Below, in pieces: positions 38,634 through 51,931 of a stretch of 64,000 nt of DNA. Numbering within the stretch: the stretch's first letter is position 1; every line of letters begins with the position of its first letter. Source of the stretch: the human T2T-CHM13v2.0 reference genome, Homo sapiens. The notes under the pieces are model-generated. The model was given only the letters and a program-made list of their open reading frames with translations. It had not been told where the DNA came from and ran no database searches. A program made the translations under genes and the position numbers. Location: assembly GCF_009914755.1 (NCBI RefSeq), contig NC_060934.1. The stretch is one strand, 5' to 3'.

Positions 38634-40889
38634 TGATGTAGTTTGGCTGTGTCCCCACCCAAATCTCATCTTGAATTGTATGTCTCATAACTCCCATTAT
38701 TGTGGGAGGGACCTGGTGGGAGATAACTGAAACATGGCAGCAGTTTCCCCCATACTGTTCTTGTGGTAGTGGATAAGTGTTATGAGATCTGATGGGTTTA
38801 TCAGGGGTTTCCATTTTTGCATCCTTCTTATTTTCTCTTGCTGGTACCATGTAAGAAGTGCCTTTCACCCTCCGCCATGATTCTAAGGCCTCCCCAGCCA
38901 TGTGGAATTGCAAGTCCAATTAAACCTCTTTTTTTTCCCAGTCTCGGGTATGTCTTTATCATCAGTGTGAAAATGGACTAACACAGTAAATTGGTAGCAG
39001 TAGAGTGGGGTGCTGCTGAAAAGATACCCAAAAATATGGAAGTGACTTTAGAATTGGGTAACAGACAGAGATTGGAACAGTTTGAAAGGCTCAGAAGAAC
39101 ACAGGAAAATGTGGGAAAATTTGGAACTTACTAGAGACTTGTTGAATGGCTTTGCCCAAAGTGGTGATAGCGATATGGACAATAAGGTTCAGGCTGAGGT
39201 GGCCTTAGATGGAGATGAGGAACTTGTTGGGAACTGGAGCAAAGGTGACTCTTGTTATGTTTTAGCAAAGAAACTGGTGGCATTTTGTCCCTGCAGTAGA
39301 GATTTGTGGAACTTTGAACTTGAGAGAGATGATTTAGGGTATCTGGTGGAAGAAATTTCCAAGCAGCAAAGTATTCAAGAGGTGACTTGGGTGCTGTTAA
39401 AGGCGTTCAGTTTTATAAAGGAAGCAGAGCATAAAAGTTCACAAAATTTGCAGCCTGACAGTCTGATAGAAAAGAAACACCATTTTCTGAGGAGAAATTC
39501 ATGCAGGCTGCAGAAACTTGCAGGAGAGAATGTTAATCCCCAAGACAATGGGGAAAATGTCTCCAGGGCATGTCAGAGGTCTTCAGGGCAACCCCTCCCA
39601 TCACAGGCCTGGAGGTCTAGGAGAAAAGCGTTTTGTAGCCTGGGCCCACGGTTCCTGTGCTATGTGCAGTCTAGGGACTTGGTGCCCTGCATCCCAGCCA
39701 CTCCAGTCATAACTAAAAGGGGCCAAGGCACAGCTCGGGCTGTTGCTTCAGAGGGTGGAAGCCCCAAGCCTTGGCACCTTCTGTGTGGCATTGAGCCTGC
39801 AGGTGTCCAGAAGTCAAGAATTGAGGTTTGCCTAGATTTCAGAAGATGTATGGAAATGCCTGGATGTCCAGGCAAAAATTTGCTTCAGGGGCGGGGCCCT
39901 CAATGGAGAACCTTTGCCAGGACTGTGTGGAAGGGAAATGTGGGGTCAGAGCCCCCACACAGAGTCCCTGCTGGGGCACTGCCTAGTGGAGCTGTGAGAA
40001 GAGGGCCACCATCCTCCAGACCCCAGAATGGTAGATCCACCAGCAGCTTGCACCATGCACCTGGAAAAATTGCAGACACTCAATGCCAGCCTGTGAAAGC
40101 AGTCAGGAGGGGGACTATTCCTTGCAAAACCACAGAGGTGGAGCTGCCCAGGACTATCAGAACCCACCTTTTGGATCAGCGTGACCTGGAGTCAAAGGAG
40201 ATCATTTTAGAGCTTTAAAATTTGACTTCCCTGCTGGATTTCGGGCTTGCTTGGGCCCTGTAACTTCTTTGTTTTGGCCAATTTTTCCCCTTTGGAATGG
40301 CTGTATTTACCCATTACCTGTACCCCCATTGTATCTAGGAAGTAACTAGCTTGCTTTTGAGTTTTCAGGCTCATAGGTGGAAGGGACTTGCCTTGTCTCA
40401 GATGAGACTTTGGACTGTGGATTTTTGAGTTAATGATGAAATGAGGGACTATTAGGGAGGCATGATTGGTTTTGAAATGTGAGGACATGAGATTTGGGAG
40501 GGCCCGGGGTGGAATGATACGGTTTGGCTGTGTCCCCACCAAGATCGCATTTTGAATTGTATCTCCCATAATTCCCCTTGTTGTGGGAGGGACCTGGTGG
40601 GAGATAATTGAATCATGGCACTGGTTTCCCCCATACTGTTCTCATGGTAGTGAATAAGTCTTACGAGATCTGATGGTTTTATAAGGGGAAACTCCTTTCC
40701 CTTGGCTCTCATTCTCTCTCTGCCTGCTGCCATCCATGTAAGACGTGACCTGCTCCTCCTTGCCTTCCACCATGATTGTGAGGCTTCCCCAGCCATGTGG
40801 AACTGTAGGTTCAATTAAACCTTCTTTCTTTTGTAGATTGCCCAGTCTCAGGTATGTCTTTTTCAGCAGCATGAAAATGGACTGATACA
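38634..40889 (+). mobile_element. Complete THE1 MaLR element: 5' LTR 38634-38985, internal 38986-40514, 3' LTR 40515-40889
   Basis: TG...CA LTR termini; internal start gtaaattggtagcagtagagtggg; near-TSD GTTTG / GTTTA; MaLR internal ORF at 39082-40218. Confidence 0.95.
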
Positions 40890-42106
40890 GTTTATATGTG
40901 GGCATATGTCTTCATTTCTTTTGGTATATATCTAGAAGTGGAATTGCTGGGTCATATGGTAACTCTGTTTTGAGGAACAGCAGATTGACTGTTTTTCAAA
41001 GTGACTGCACAATTTCAGATTTCCTTTGGCAACATAATGAGATTTTCAGTTTCTCCACATCGCATCCTTATCAATGCTTGTTAGTGTCTGTCTTTTTCAT
41101 GTTAGCCATTCTAGTGGGTTTGAAGGGTTAGGTCATTGTTTTTATTTGCATTTCCCTGAGGATTAATGACGGTTGAACATCTTTTCATGTGTTTATTGAC
41201 CACGTTTTCTTTGGAGAAGTATCTATTTACATTCTTTGCCCATTTTAAGAACGGGTTGTCTTTTAGTTGTTGCATTATAGGAGTTCTTTATATGTTCTGG
41301 ATACAAGTCCTTTGTCAGGTATATGATTCACACACATTTTCTTGTCTGTTTTGTCATTTCTTTTTTGTAATGGTATCAGTTTGCAACTTAGGTTTTTATT
41401 TTCACAAAGCCCAATGTATTTCTTTTGTCACTTGTGCTTATCTAAGAATCATTGCATAACCCATGGTCATGATGATTTACCCCTATATCTTCCTTTAGGA
41501 GTTTTATAAATGTAGCTCTTAAATTTAGGTCTATCATTCATTTTGAGCTAATTTTTGTGAGTTAGGGGTCCACATTCGTTCTTGTGCATTTGGATATCCA
41601 GTTGTCCCAGTGCCTTTATCCTTTCCCCATTGAACTGTCTTGTCACCCTTGTCAAAAATCACTTGACCATAAACATGAAGGTTTATATCTGGGTTTTCAA
41701 TTTTGTTCCATTTATCTATATGTATTTCCTTATATCAGTACTACACTATCTTGATTACCATAGATTTGAAGTTGAAATTGGAAAGTATGAGTCTCCAGCT
41801 TTTTCTCTGTCAGTGTTGTTTTGGCCATGCCATCCATGATCCTTGCATTTCCCTATGAACATTAGAATTAGCTTGTCAATTTCTGTCAGCACCCACCACC
41901 TCAAAAATTTTGGGATTTTAGTAGGAATTGCATTGACTATGTAGATCAGTTTGGGAAGTATTGCAGTCTTAGCAATATTAAGCATTCAAATCTCTTCTAA
42001 CATGGAATATCTTTCTATTTATTTAGATTTTCTTTCATTTTGTCAACGTTTTTCTATAGTTTTCAGTATACAAATCTGACACTTCTTTTGTTAAATTTAT
42101 TCCTAG

Positions 42107-42421
<315 letters not shown>

Positions 42422-43995
42422 TTAACTCTTTTGCATGCTGTTATAAATTGAATTGTTTTCTTAATTTCATTTTTGGTGGTTTATTGCTAGACTATAGAAA
42501 TACAATTTATTTTTATAGATTGATCTTGTACCCTGCCACATTGCTGAATTCATTTATTCTAATAATTTTTTCAGTAGATTCTTTAGAATGTTACATGGGA
42601 AGATCACCTGCAAATAGAGATAGTTTTACTTCTTCCTTTTCATTATGGATGCCTTTTATTTGGTTTTCTTGCCTAGTTGCCACAGTTAGTACCTCTAGTA
42701 AAGTGTTGAATAGAAGTATCACGAGTGCACATCCTTGTCTTGTTATTGATATTAGGTGTGAAGCTTTCCATTCTTCTCCATTAAATGTTCTGTGTGCTGT
42801 GTGCTGTGAGTTTTTTGTAGATGTCCTTTATCAATTGAGGAAGTTTCCTTGTATTCTTAATTTGTGTAGTGTTTTTATTTTGAAAGGGTATTAGATTCTG
42901 TTAAATGCTTTTCTGCATCTATTGTGATTGATCATGTAGTTTTTGTCTTTTGTTCTATTAATATGTTAAATCAACCCCGCATTCCGGGATAATTCCCAGT
43001 TGGTCACAGTGTATAATTCTTTTTATATGTCGCTGGACTCAGTTTGCTAGTCTTTTGTTGATAATTACATCCATATTTGTAAGGAATTTGGTCTTGTGAT
43101 AGCTTTGGTTTTGGTATCAGGGTAATAGTAGCCTCATAGAACAAATTGAGAAATATTCCTTCTACTTTTTTTTTTTTGAAGAGTTTGTGGAAGGTTGGTA
43201 TTCTCATTTAAATGTTTGGTAGAATTTATCACTGAAGCCATGTTGGTCAGGGTTTTTCTCTGTTGGAAGTTTCTACATTACTAATCAGTCTCTTCGCTTG
43301 TTTCTTATAGGTCTATTCAGGTTATCTCTTCTTGAGTCAGTTGCAGTAGTTTGTGTTTTTCTAGGAATTTGTGCATTTCATCAGCATTACCCAATTTGTT
43401 GTCATGCAGTTGTTCCACAGTATTCCTTTATGATTCTTTTTATTTCTGTAAAGTCTATAATGTCCTCTGTTTTGTTTCTGATTTTACTTATTTGAGCCAT
43501 CTCTCTTTTTCTTGGTTGGTCTACCTTCAGGTTTTTGAATTTTGTTGTTTTTTCCAAGGAATCGACTTTCAGTTTCATTGATTTTCTCTCGTTTTAGTAT
43601 TTCTATTTCATTTCTTTCCACTTTAATGTCGATTACTTCCTTCCTTCTACTTACTTTGGTTTCAGTTTGCTCTTCTAGTTGCTTAATGTGGAAAGTTAGG
43701 TTATTGATTTGAGATTTTTTTTTTAATACAGGCATCTACAGTTATGAATTTCTAAGCTTTAGTTGCATTGCATAAATTTTGCTGGGTTATACTTTCATTT
43801 CCATAGATGTATTTTTTAATAAACTTTTGTTTTAAATTAGTTTTAGATTTACATAAAAATTGTGAAGAAAGCAGAGTTCCTATAAATCCCACATCCAGTT
43901 TATTTTTAACATCTATAATATTATAAAATTATATAATGTACATAATTTAGTATCTTAGTGTGAGCTGTTTGTTACACTTAATGAACTGATACTGG

Positions 43996-44301
43996 TTATT
44001 ATTATTCTATTATTTTTGCGACGGATCTCATTCTGTTGCCCTGGCTAGAGTGCATTGGCACCATTCATGGCTCTCTGCAGTCTCAAACTCCTGTGCTCAA
44101 GTGATCCTGTCCCTGCAGCCTCCTGAGTAACTGGAACTACAGCTGTGCACCTTCATACTTGCTTAATTTTTAAAAATATTTTGTAGAGACTGGGTCTTGC
44201 TGTGTTGCCCAGGCCGGCTTTGAACTCCTGTCGTCAAGTGACTCTTCCTCCTCGGCCTCCCAGAGTGCTAGGATTACAGGTGTGAGCCACCATACCTGCC
44301 C
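43996..44301 (-). mobile_element. AluJ
   Basis: Diverged reverse Alu with (TAT)n-type tail. Confidence 0.9.
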
Positions 44302-44350
44302 ATATATTATTATTAACTGAAGTTCATTTTTACTCCAGTTTACTTAGTTT

Positions 44351-44734
44351 TTACCCAGCATCCCTTTTCTTCTTTAGGATCCCATCCAAGACACCATCTT
44401 GTATCTAGTTGTCATTACCCAGCATCCCTTTTCTTCTTTAGGATCCCATCCAGGACACCATGTTGTATCTAGTTGTCATTATCCAGCATCCCTTTTCTTC
44501 TTTAGGATCCCATCCAGGACACCATATTGTGTCTAGTTGTCGTTACCCAGCATCCTTTTTTTTCTTTAGGATCCCATCCAGGACACCATATTGTATCTAG
44601 TGGTCATTACCCAGCATCCCTTTTCTTCTTTAGGATCCCATCCAGGACACCATATTGTATCTAGTTGTTATTACCCAGCATCCCTTTTCTTCTTTAGGAT
44701 CCCATCCAGGACACCATATTGTATCTAGTTGCCG
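44351..44734. repeat. 64-bp minisatellite, 6 copies
   Basis: Unit TTACCCAGCATCCCTTTTCTTCTTTAGGATCCCATCCAGGACACCATATTGTATCTAGTTGTCA at 44351, 44415, 44479, 44543, 44607, 44671. Confidence 0.97.
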
Positions 44735-45770
44735 TGTCTCCCTAGTCTCCTCTTGGCTGTGATAGTTTCTCAGGCTTTCCTTGTTTTTGATGATCTTGAC
44801 AGTTTTGAGGAGTGCTGGCTAGTTTTTTTGTAGAATGTCCCTAACTTGGGATTTGTCTGACGTTTTTGTCATGATTAGACTGGGATTGTATGTTTTTTTG
44901 GAGGAAAATAACAAAGGTAAAGCACCATTTTTAGCACATCACATCAAAGGTACATTTGATCAACATGACTCATGACTATTGATGATAACCTTGATCCCTG
45001 GCTGAGGTTGTGTTTGTCAGGTTTCTCTGCTTTGTAGTCACTCTTTTTCTCCACTTTCTGTACTGTGTATCCTTCGAATGAGGTCACTCTGTGCAAACCA
45101 CACGTATGCAGGCAGTTGTGTTCCACCTCCCTAGGTGATGCATTCTGAGAAGAGTGCTTGTTACATCAGCCTGTCAGGACCACTGGTCATGCCAAGTGGG
45201 GTTGGGTCTCAGCCTGGGGAGGCCTTGGCAGGGCCCAGCCATTGCAGCACGGCTGTCCGATGCCTGCCATTCAACCCCTGAACTGCAGCCTCCAAATCCC
45301 TTCTCAGAGTCTTGTGCTCTGATGGTGAAGTGACTGTGGAATCAATTGAGTCTGACCCTGAAAGACTTCCTTTATGGGTCACTTTTAATAGATTCTGAGG
45401 AATTCAAAAGCTGTTATTCAGGTGGCATCTATTCAGTGATGAGTCCAGACATATTCAGTTGTTCCTTCAATTGCTGGCAAATAATAAGTGGTGGTCAAGT
45501 CACTAGTTATCTAAACTTAGTGACAGGGAGTCTAAGAGTTGCCATGCCTATGCAAATTCAGTAAAGTTAAAGGCAAGTGCAATACAAATTATATTCATCT
45601 TAGCGCACATCACTGCCCAGGATTTCATAAACAGATACCTCAACTTGTTAGATCTACTCTTTAACATCTATTTCATTTTTTAAAAAATTTCAGTAAAGAA
45701 TGCTGTTCATAATCTTGTATATTTGTTTAAAACCCCACTAATCGGGTGCAGCCTGCCATTTGTAAAATAC

Positions 45771-47476
45771 TGTGTGTGTTGGGAGTCCCCAAGACCACCT
45801 CAGGTTTGATTATTCACTAAAAGGACTCACAGGACCCAGCATATAGTTCTACAGCTGTGACATATTACAATGTCAGGGTACAATGCAAAATCAGCAAAAA
45901 GGGGAGGGCCCATGGGTCGAAGTCTGAAGGAAAAAGAGTCCTCTCCCAATGGAGTCATACAGGACACAGTTGATCCCCCAGCAATGAGCTGTAACAATAT
46001 GGTCATGTGCCACATAATGGTGTTTCAGTCAACGATGGACCACATATATGACATTTGTCCAGAAGATTATAGTGGAGCTCAGAAATTCCTGTCGCCTAGT
46101 GACGTCATAACATCCTAGCGTATCCTAGGTTTCAGGTGTTTGTGGTGATGCTAATATAAGCAAACCTGTGCTGTCAGACATGTAAAAGTCTAGCATGTGC
46201 ACGGTACATATAATACTTGATAATAAACGACTCTGTTACTGTTTAATGTGTTTACTATACTATACTTTTTATTCTTAACTTTAGAATGTACTCCTTCTAC
46301 TTATTTTAAAAAAAAAAAAGTTAACTGTGAAACAGCCTTAGGCAGGTCCTTCAGGAGGTGTTCTGGAAGCAGGCAGGAGACCACTGCTTTGTGTGTATTA
46401 TTGCCTCTGGAGACCTGGCAGTGGGGCAAGATATGGAGGCGGAAAACAGCGATATTGATCATCCTCACTCTGTATAGGTCTAGGCTAATGTGTGTTGATG
46501 TCTTAGTTTTTAACAAAAAAGTTTAGAAATTAAAAACTAACTTAAATATAAAATAGCTTGTAGAATAAGGATATAAAGAGAGAAAATATTTTTGTACAGC
46601 TGTATGATGTATGTTTTTACCTAAGTGTTATTACAAGAGTCCAAAGTTTAAAAAATTTTTAAAGTTTATAAAGTTATAGTAAGCTAAGTTTAATTTATTA
46701 TTACAGAAAATCTTTTTCATAAATTTAATAGAGCCTAAATGTACAGCATTTATCAAGTCCACAGTAGTGTACAGTAATGCCCTAGGATTCACACTCACTC
46801 ACCACTCACTCACTTATCCAGAACAACTTCCAGTCCTGCAGGCTCCATTTACTGTAAGTGCCCTGTACAGGTGGACCATTTTTATCTTCAATACCATATT
46901 TTTATGGTGCTTTTTCTTTGTTTAGATATATTTAGATACACAAATACTCATCATTGTGTTCCAGTTACCAACAATATTCAGTACAGTCATGTGCTATACA
47001 GGTTTGCAGTCTTGGAGCAATAGGTCATACCACATAGCCTAGGTTAATAGTAGGCCGTAGCACCTGCTTTTGTGTAAGTGCACTCTATGGTATTCCCACA
47101 AGGATTGAATTGCCTAATGAAGCATTTTTCAGAATGTACCCATTGTTAAATGACGTATGACTATACTTCCAAGATGTTGTCCACCAGCAAAGCCCATTAG
47201 AGACAGCACCCAAGGTTTGTGTTGAGTGTTGGTTACGCAGACATCCTCTGTTTAGCACATATCAAAATTCCAGAGTCCCAGAAGGAAAGCAGGCTCAGCA
47301 TAAACCACCTTGTTTGTACACCTTGTGTGCATAGTGAGCTGCTCTTACCTGTCCTGGGAATGCTAGGAGCCCTCCTGAAATGGACACTCTTCAAATGCCA
47401 ACTGAGGTCAGCCCCAGAAGCAGCCTGTTCTGAGCATGGCAGTCTCAGGCTTGCTGTGTTCACTCTTTGCTGCACA
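45771..47476 (-). mobile_element. MER21-family LTR split into 45771-45999 and 47164-47476
   Basis: gggagtccccaagaccacctcaggtttgat at one end, cactctttgctgcaca at the other; both halves align to the copy at 572-1075. Confidence 0.78.
46000..47163. mobile_element. Tigger3b (MER7/Golem-type) DNA transposon
   Basis: Terminal inverted repeats tggtcatgtgccacataa and ttaaatgacgtatgacta, TA on both sides, about 1.16 kb. Confidence 0.85.
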
Positions 47477-47873
47477 CTGTGCTGTTTTGTTCTTTCTCTT
47501 CTGCTTATATACATTTTTAGGTAGATGATCAGGATCATTTCCTGGGCTGCAAAGGCCTCCTTTTAGAGGGCAGAGGGGGTTGTTACTGATGGCAAATGCT
47601 AAGCAAGCATGTGTTCATGTGTGTGCACGCATGTACACTCAGTAACATTTGAAAATCACAACATGACTAATCCTTGCCATGTAGAAATGAGGGGCTGGGG
47701 CCTTCCAGTGTTCAAAGAAACCCAGACTTATTTTTGAACGTTCCCTGTTGTTAGCTGAGATTTTTAAAAGAAATCTCCAAGCCAAACGAAACCTGTCTGT
47801 GAGCTACTCCCGGACTGTGGATTGCCAGCTTTGCTTCAGGTGGGAGGGAGCCGTCAAGGTCTTTAGACAGATA

Positions 47874-48293
47874 TTCTGTTAATTCCCTGGGGCTGCCAGA
47901 ACAATGTACTGCACACTGGGTGGCTTCAACACCAGAACTTCATTGTCTCCCAGTCCTGGAGGCCAGAAGTCCGAAATCAAGGCACTGGCCGGGTTAGTTC
48001 CAAGGGCTGTGAGGGAAGGTTCTGCTCCAGGCCTCTCTCTGACGTATTACAATGTGTGGGTGCCCAGCCTCATGCTCACGCAGCGTTCTCCTGTGTGCAT
48101 GTCTGTCTCCAAGTTTCCCCTTTATGTAAGGGCCCCAATCATATTGTGTTAGGTCCTGCCCTAATGACCTCGTTTTAACTCCACTACATCTGTAAAGGCC
48201 TTGTCTCCAAATAAGGCCTTATTCTGAGGCACTTGGGGTTAGGACTTCAACATATGCATTTTGGAAGAGGGGACACACTGTAACCCATATCCA
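47874..48293 (-). mobile_element. MLT1 (A/B/C-type) MaLR LTR
   Basis: ggaggccagaagtccgaaatcaagg and ggggttaggacttcaacatatgcattt. Confidence 0.82.
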
Positions 48294-50628
48294 CAGGATA
48301 CCAACAGAATCGTGTAAGATTTGTATTAAGATCTCTCCAGGGATACCAGCAAGGAGGTTATTGCTGTAGTTTAGGGTAAAGATTATACTTTATATTAATT
48401 TATTAACCTATATTAATAATATAAATGTGTATTCCAGGCTATTGGAAAATCTTCCAGCATCAGGTACAAAAAAGAATCCAAATGTGAAACTGGCAGAAAT
48501 TTTATAAACAGAAAATAATAATTACTTTTTTAAATTATTTTTGTTGGCCATAAAAGTGATAATTTATGGAGCATTGCTGAATACAGGGAGTTTAGGTAGC
48601 TACCCCCATTCCCTCAAAATAGTATGTTTATGAGACAGCACTCTGGAATTAGGGTGTAATTGAGAATGGAGTGAAGCTACCAACTCACTTCACAGTCTTC
48701 ACCCGTATGATTTCAACCTCAGCCGTATTGGAACATGCTCTAATCATCCAAACCAAACAGCTGAAAGACGGCAGATTTAAAGTCCAGAAAGAAATTATAT
48801 CTGGTACAGATTCAGACAATTAACCGGCCTAGTATTACTCTTTAAAATTGGATTGGAATAATTTCAGCATCATTGGGATCTCATTTGCATATATCCTCAA
48901 TTCCACAAGTTTTATCCCCTCCAAATGCCTCTGAACAGCTTTGTGATGTGCAGTCAGCTGATGCCTCTTTGTAGCTCCATAGTTGCTCATTAACCTGTGG
49001 TTTCCAGAGAGACTTCTTAGGATAGTCATTCTCATGAATTAAATCTGAAAACTTAACTGAGTAAGAGTGACCTGTTAGCAATGGTCGTGGGATATTGTTT
49101 AGAAAAATCAACCGTGTATTATTTTACTTGGCAGAGAGTTAAAATATCCAAGTGGGAGTTTACTAAAGAAGTTGCAGCTGACCCTTGACTATAGTTTTAT
49201 TGGCAAGTTTTGCTAAATTACATATTTTTAAGTCTAGCTTACCATGAATGCCTTATCTCCCAATATAGCAACTGCTTTCCCTCTGTTACAGGATGTATTG
49301 TGTTGTCTGATTGCTTCAGTTAGCCGTAATGGAATATCACACCTGGTTCATGACTGTTTGTTTTTTTCCCAAACATTAAGTATTCTCTTAAATATTACTA
49401 ATATAGTTATTAATATTCATCAACTAAGGTAAGTTAAAAGTCAGAAGAAAACATAGTCAGCTTTTTGTATTGAGCCAGTGAGCACTGACCTCTGCGGAGA
49501 GCTTGGGAGGTTGCAGCGCCTCATGTCTGTAAAGGAGTGGAATCTCTGGGATCTGGGTGAAGATTGAGTCACAGTCTTCTTTTTCTGCTGCTTTAATGAT
49601 CTGGAGGTTTACTTAGGCCCAGTCCCTGTTTTCTGCTCTCAGCACAGTGGTATTGCACATTTTCTGGTTGTCTCTTTGTTGGAGAGTAAGAGGATTTGTC
49701 ATCAGCCTTTGTAAAATACGCAGCCTGGGGCCCTAAGATCAGTGCCAGCTAGAATTCCACTGAGCCTCACCTAGATCTTTATCTGAAGAGTTACGATGTT
49801 CACACAGAGGACAATTATGATCTAAAACATTAGCTTATTCTTTCTGTTCAAACTTAATATAATAAATGCCGTTAAAAATGAAAATCTCCAAAAATTGATA
49901 AGGTTATTCAGCTCTCTTGAGTGACTTTCTTTTTTCCACCAACAGTTGTCACACTCAAATGCTATTGTTGAGTGAAGGACCCTTGGAAACCCCCACAAAG
50001 GCCTTTCCAGTGCAGTTACAATGCCGTGCTTCATGACTTCCTGGGCCTTATTTGAAGGTCTCTTTGGCTTCCCGTGTGCCCATAGCTGCCTCCTCTGAAC
50101 TTTGTTGTTCACCACTGCACCTGTCTCACAAGCCAAGGACTCAGTTTCCCTTAATTCACTACACCTTGTCGATGCAGTTCTCTTTCCTGAATGCCATTAT
50201 TTGTGGTCGTTTTACTAGCGAATCACTCGTATGTAGTCCCGCTGACTTCCTTTGGGCTGGAAATCTGCCCTTTCATAGCTCTTTCAAGAGCCTGCCGGAG
50301 CCCTGTGTGGATGCGGTCCCTTGTCGTCCCTGCAGGACCCCATATGCCCATGATGCATTCAGGGAGCACGCTCTGCCGGCCCCTGGGCTAGATGCTGCAC
50401 ATACTGGGGATGAGATGAGGGTTTATCCAGGCTTCCTATCCAGGGAAGAGGCCCTTACACTACTGAGATAAATGCAGCATTGGGAGCAAGCAGAGGGTCA
50501 CCCAACTAATTTGGGAAGGTCAAGGTGGTCTTTCCCTGTAATGGTTTTCCATTTTATTATCAGTATACTTAGAACCTCTTACTACAGCTTATTGGCTATT
50601 TGCCTTTGGGATTTGAAACATGTTACTC

Positions 50629-51453
<825 letters not shown>

Positions 51454-51931
51454 TACTTTCTTTTTAGGATTTTTACTTTGTCTTCAGTACAGTGCCCTGA
51501 TCCATTCTAAGGAACATCTGATAAGCCATAAAAATCCAGGTTTTTAAGATTTAAAAAACTGCTGTTTCATTAGTAAAGCACTGAACACAGAAAAGTAATC
51601 TGAACACAGAACAATAATCTTTTTAAGCAAGAAACCATTAGTCATGGATGTTTTCATTCAGCAAACAGTTGGGTGCCAACTCCGTGCCCCTCACCACCCA
51701 CCCCACCCCCCCCCGCCCCTCATCATGCCAAACCCCTTCTCTCGAAGAGGCAGAGAAGAGTCTGACCTGCCCCTCCCCACCTCACCAGTTTCTCAGGGGC
51801 TTCACAACTGCACCTGGCAAAATAAGCCACAAGGAAGCTTCTGGTTGCTTTGGGGAGCATTAGACCCTCTCACTCTGACTGTGGTTTAGGGATGAGGGGT
51901 GGGGGGTTCTGCAGAGTAGCTGGTCAAGCCA

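Larger units (their letters stand above)
43815..45130 (-). mobile_element. L1MC/MD-like 3' end hosting an AluJ and a 64-bp VNTR
   Basis: ttttagatttacataaaaattgtgaaga start; gacagttttgaggagtgctggctag and gatttgtctgacgtttttgtcatgattagactggg are typical of this class. Confidence 0.7.

Noticed and set aside
51581-51620. 19-bp imperfect tandem duplication CTGAACACAGAA(A/C)A(G/A)TAAT
   Set aside because: Ordinary small slippage event with no further structure.
51694-51720. C-rich tract (possible minus-strand G-quadruplex or SP/KLF site)
   Set aside because: Short and common; no CpG island or promoter features around it.
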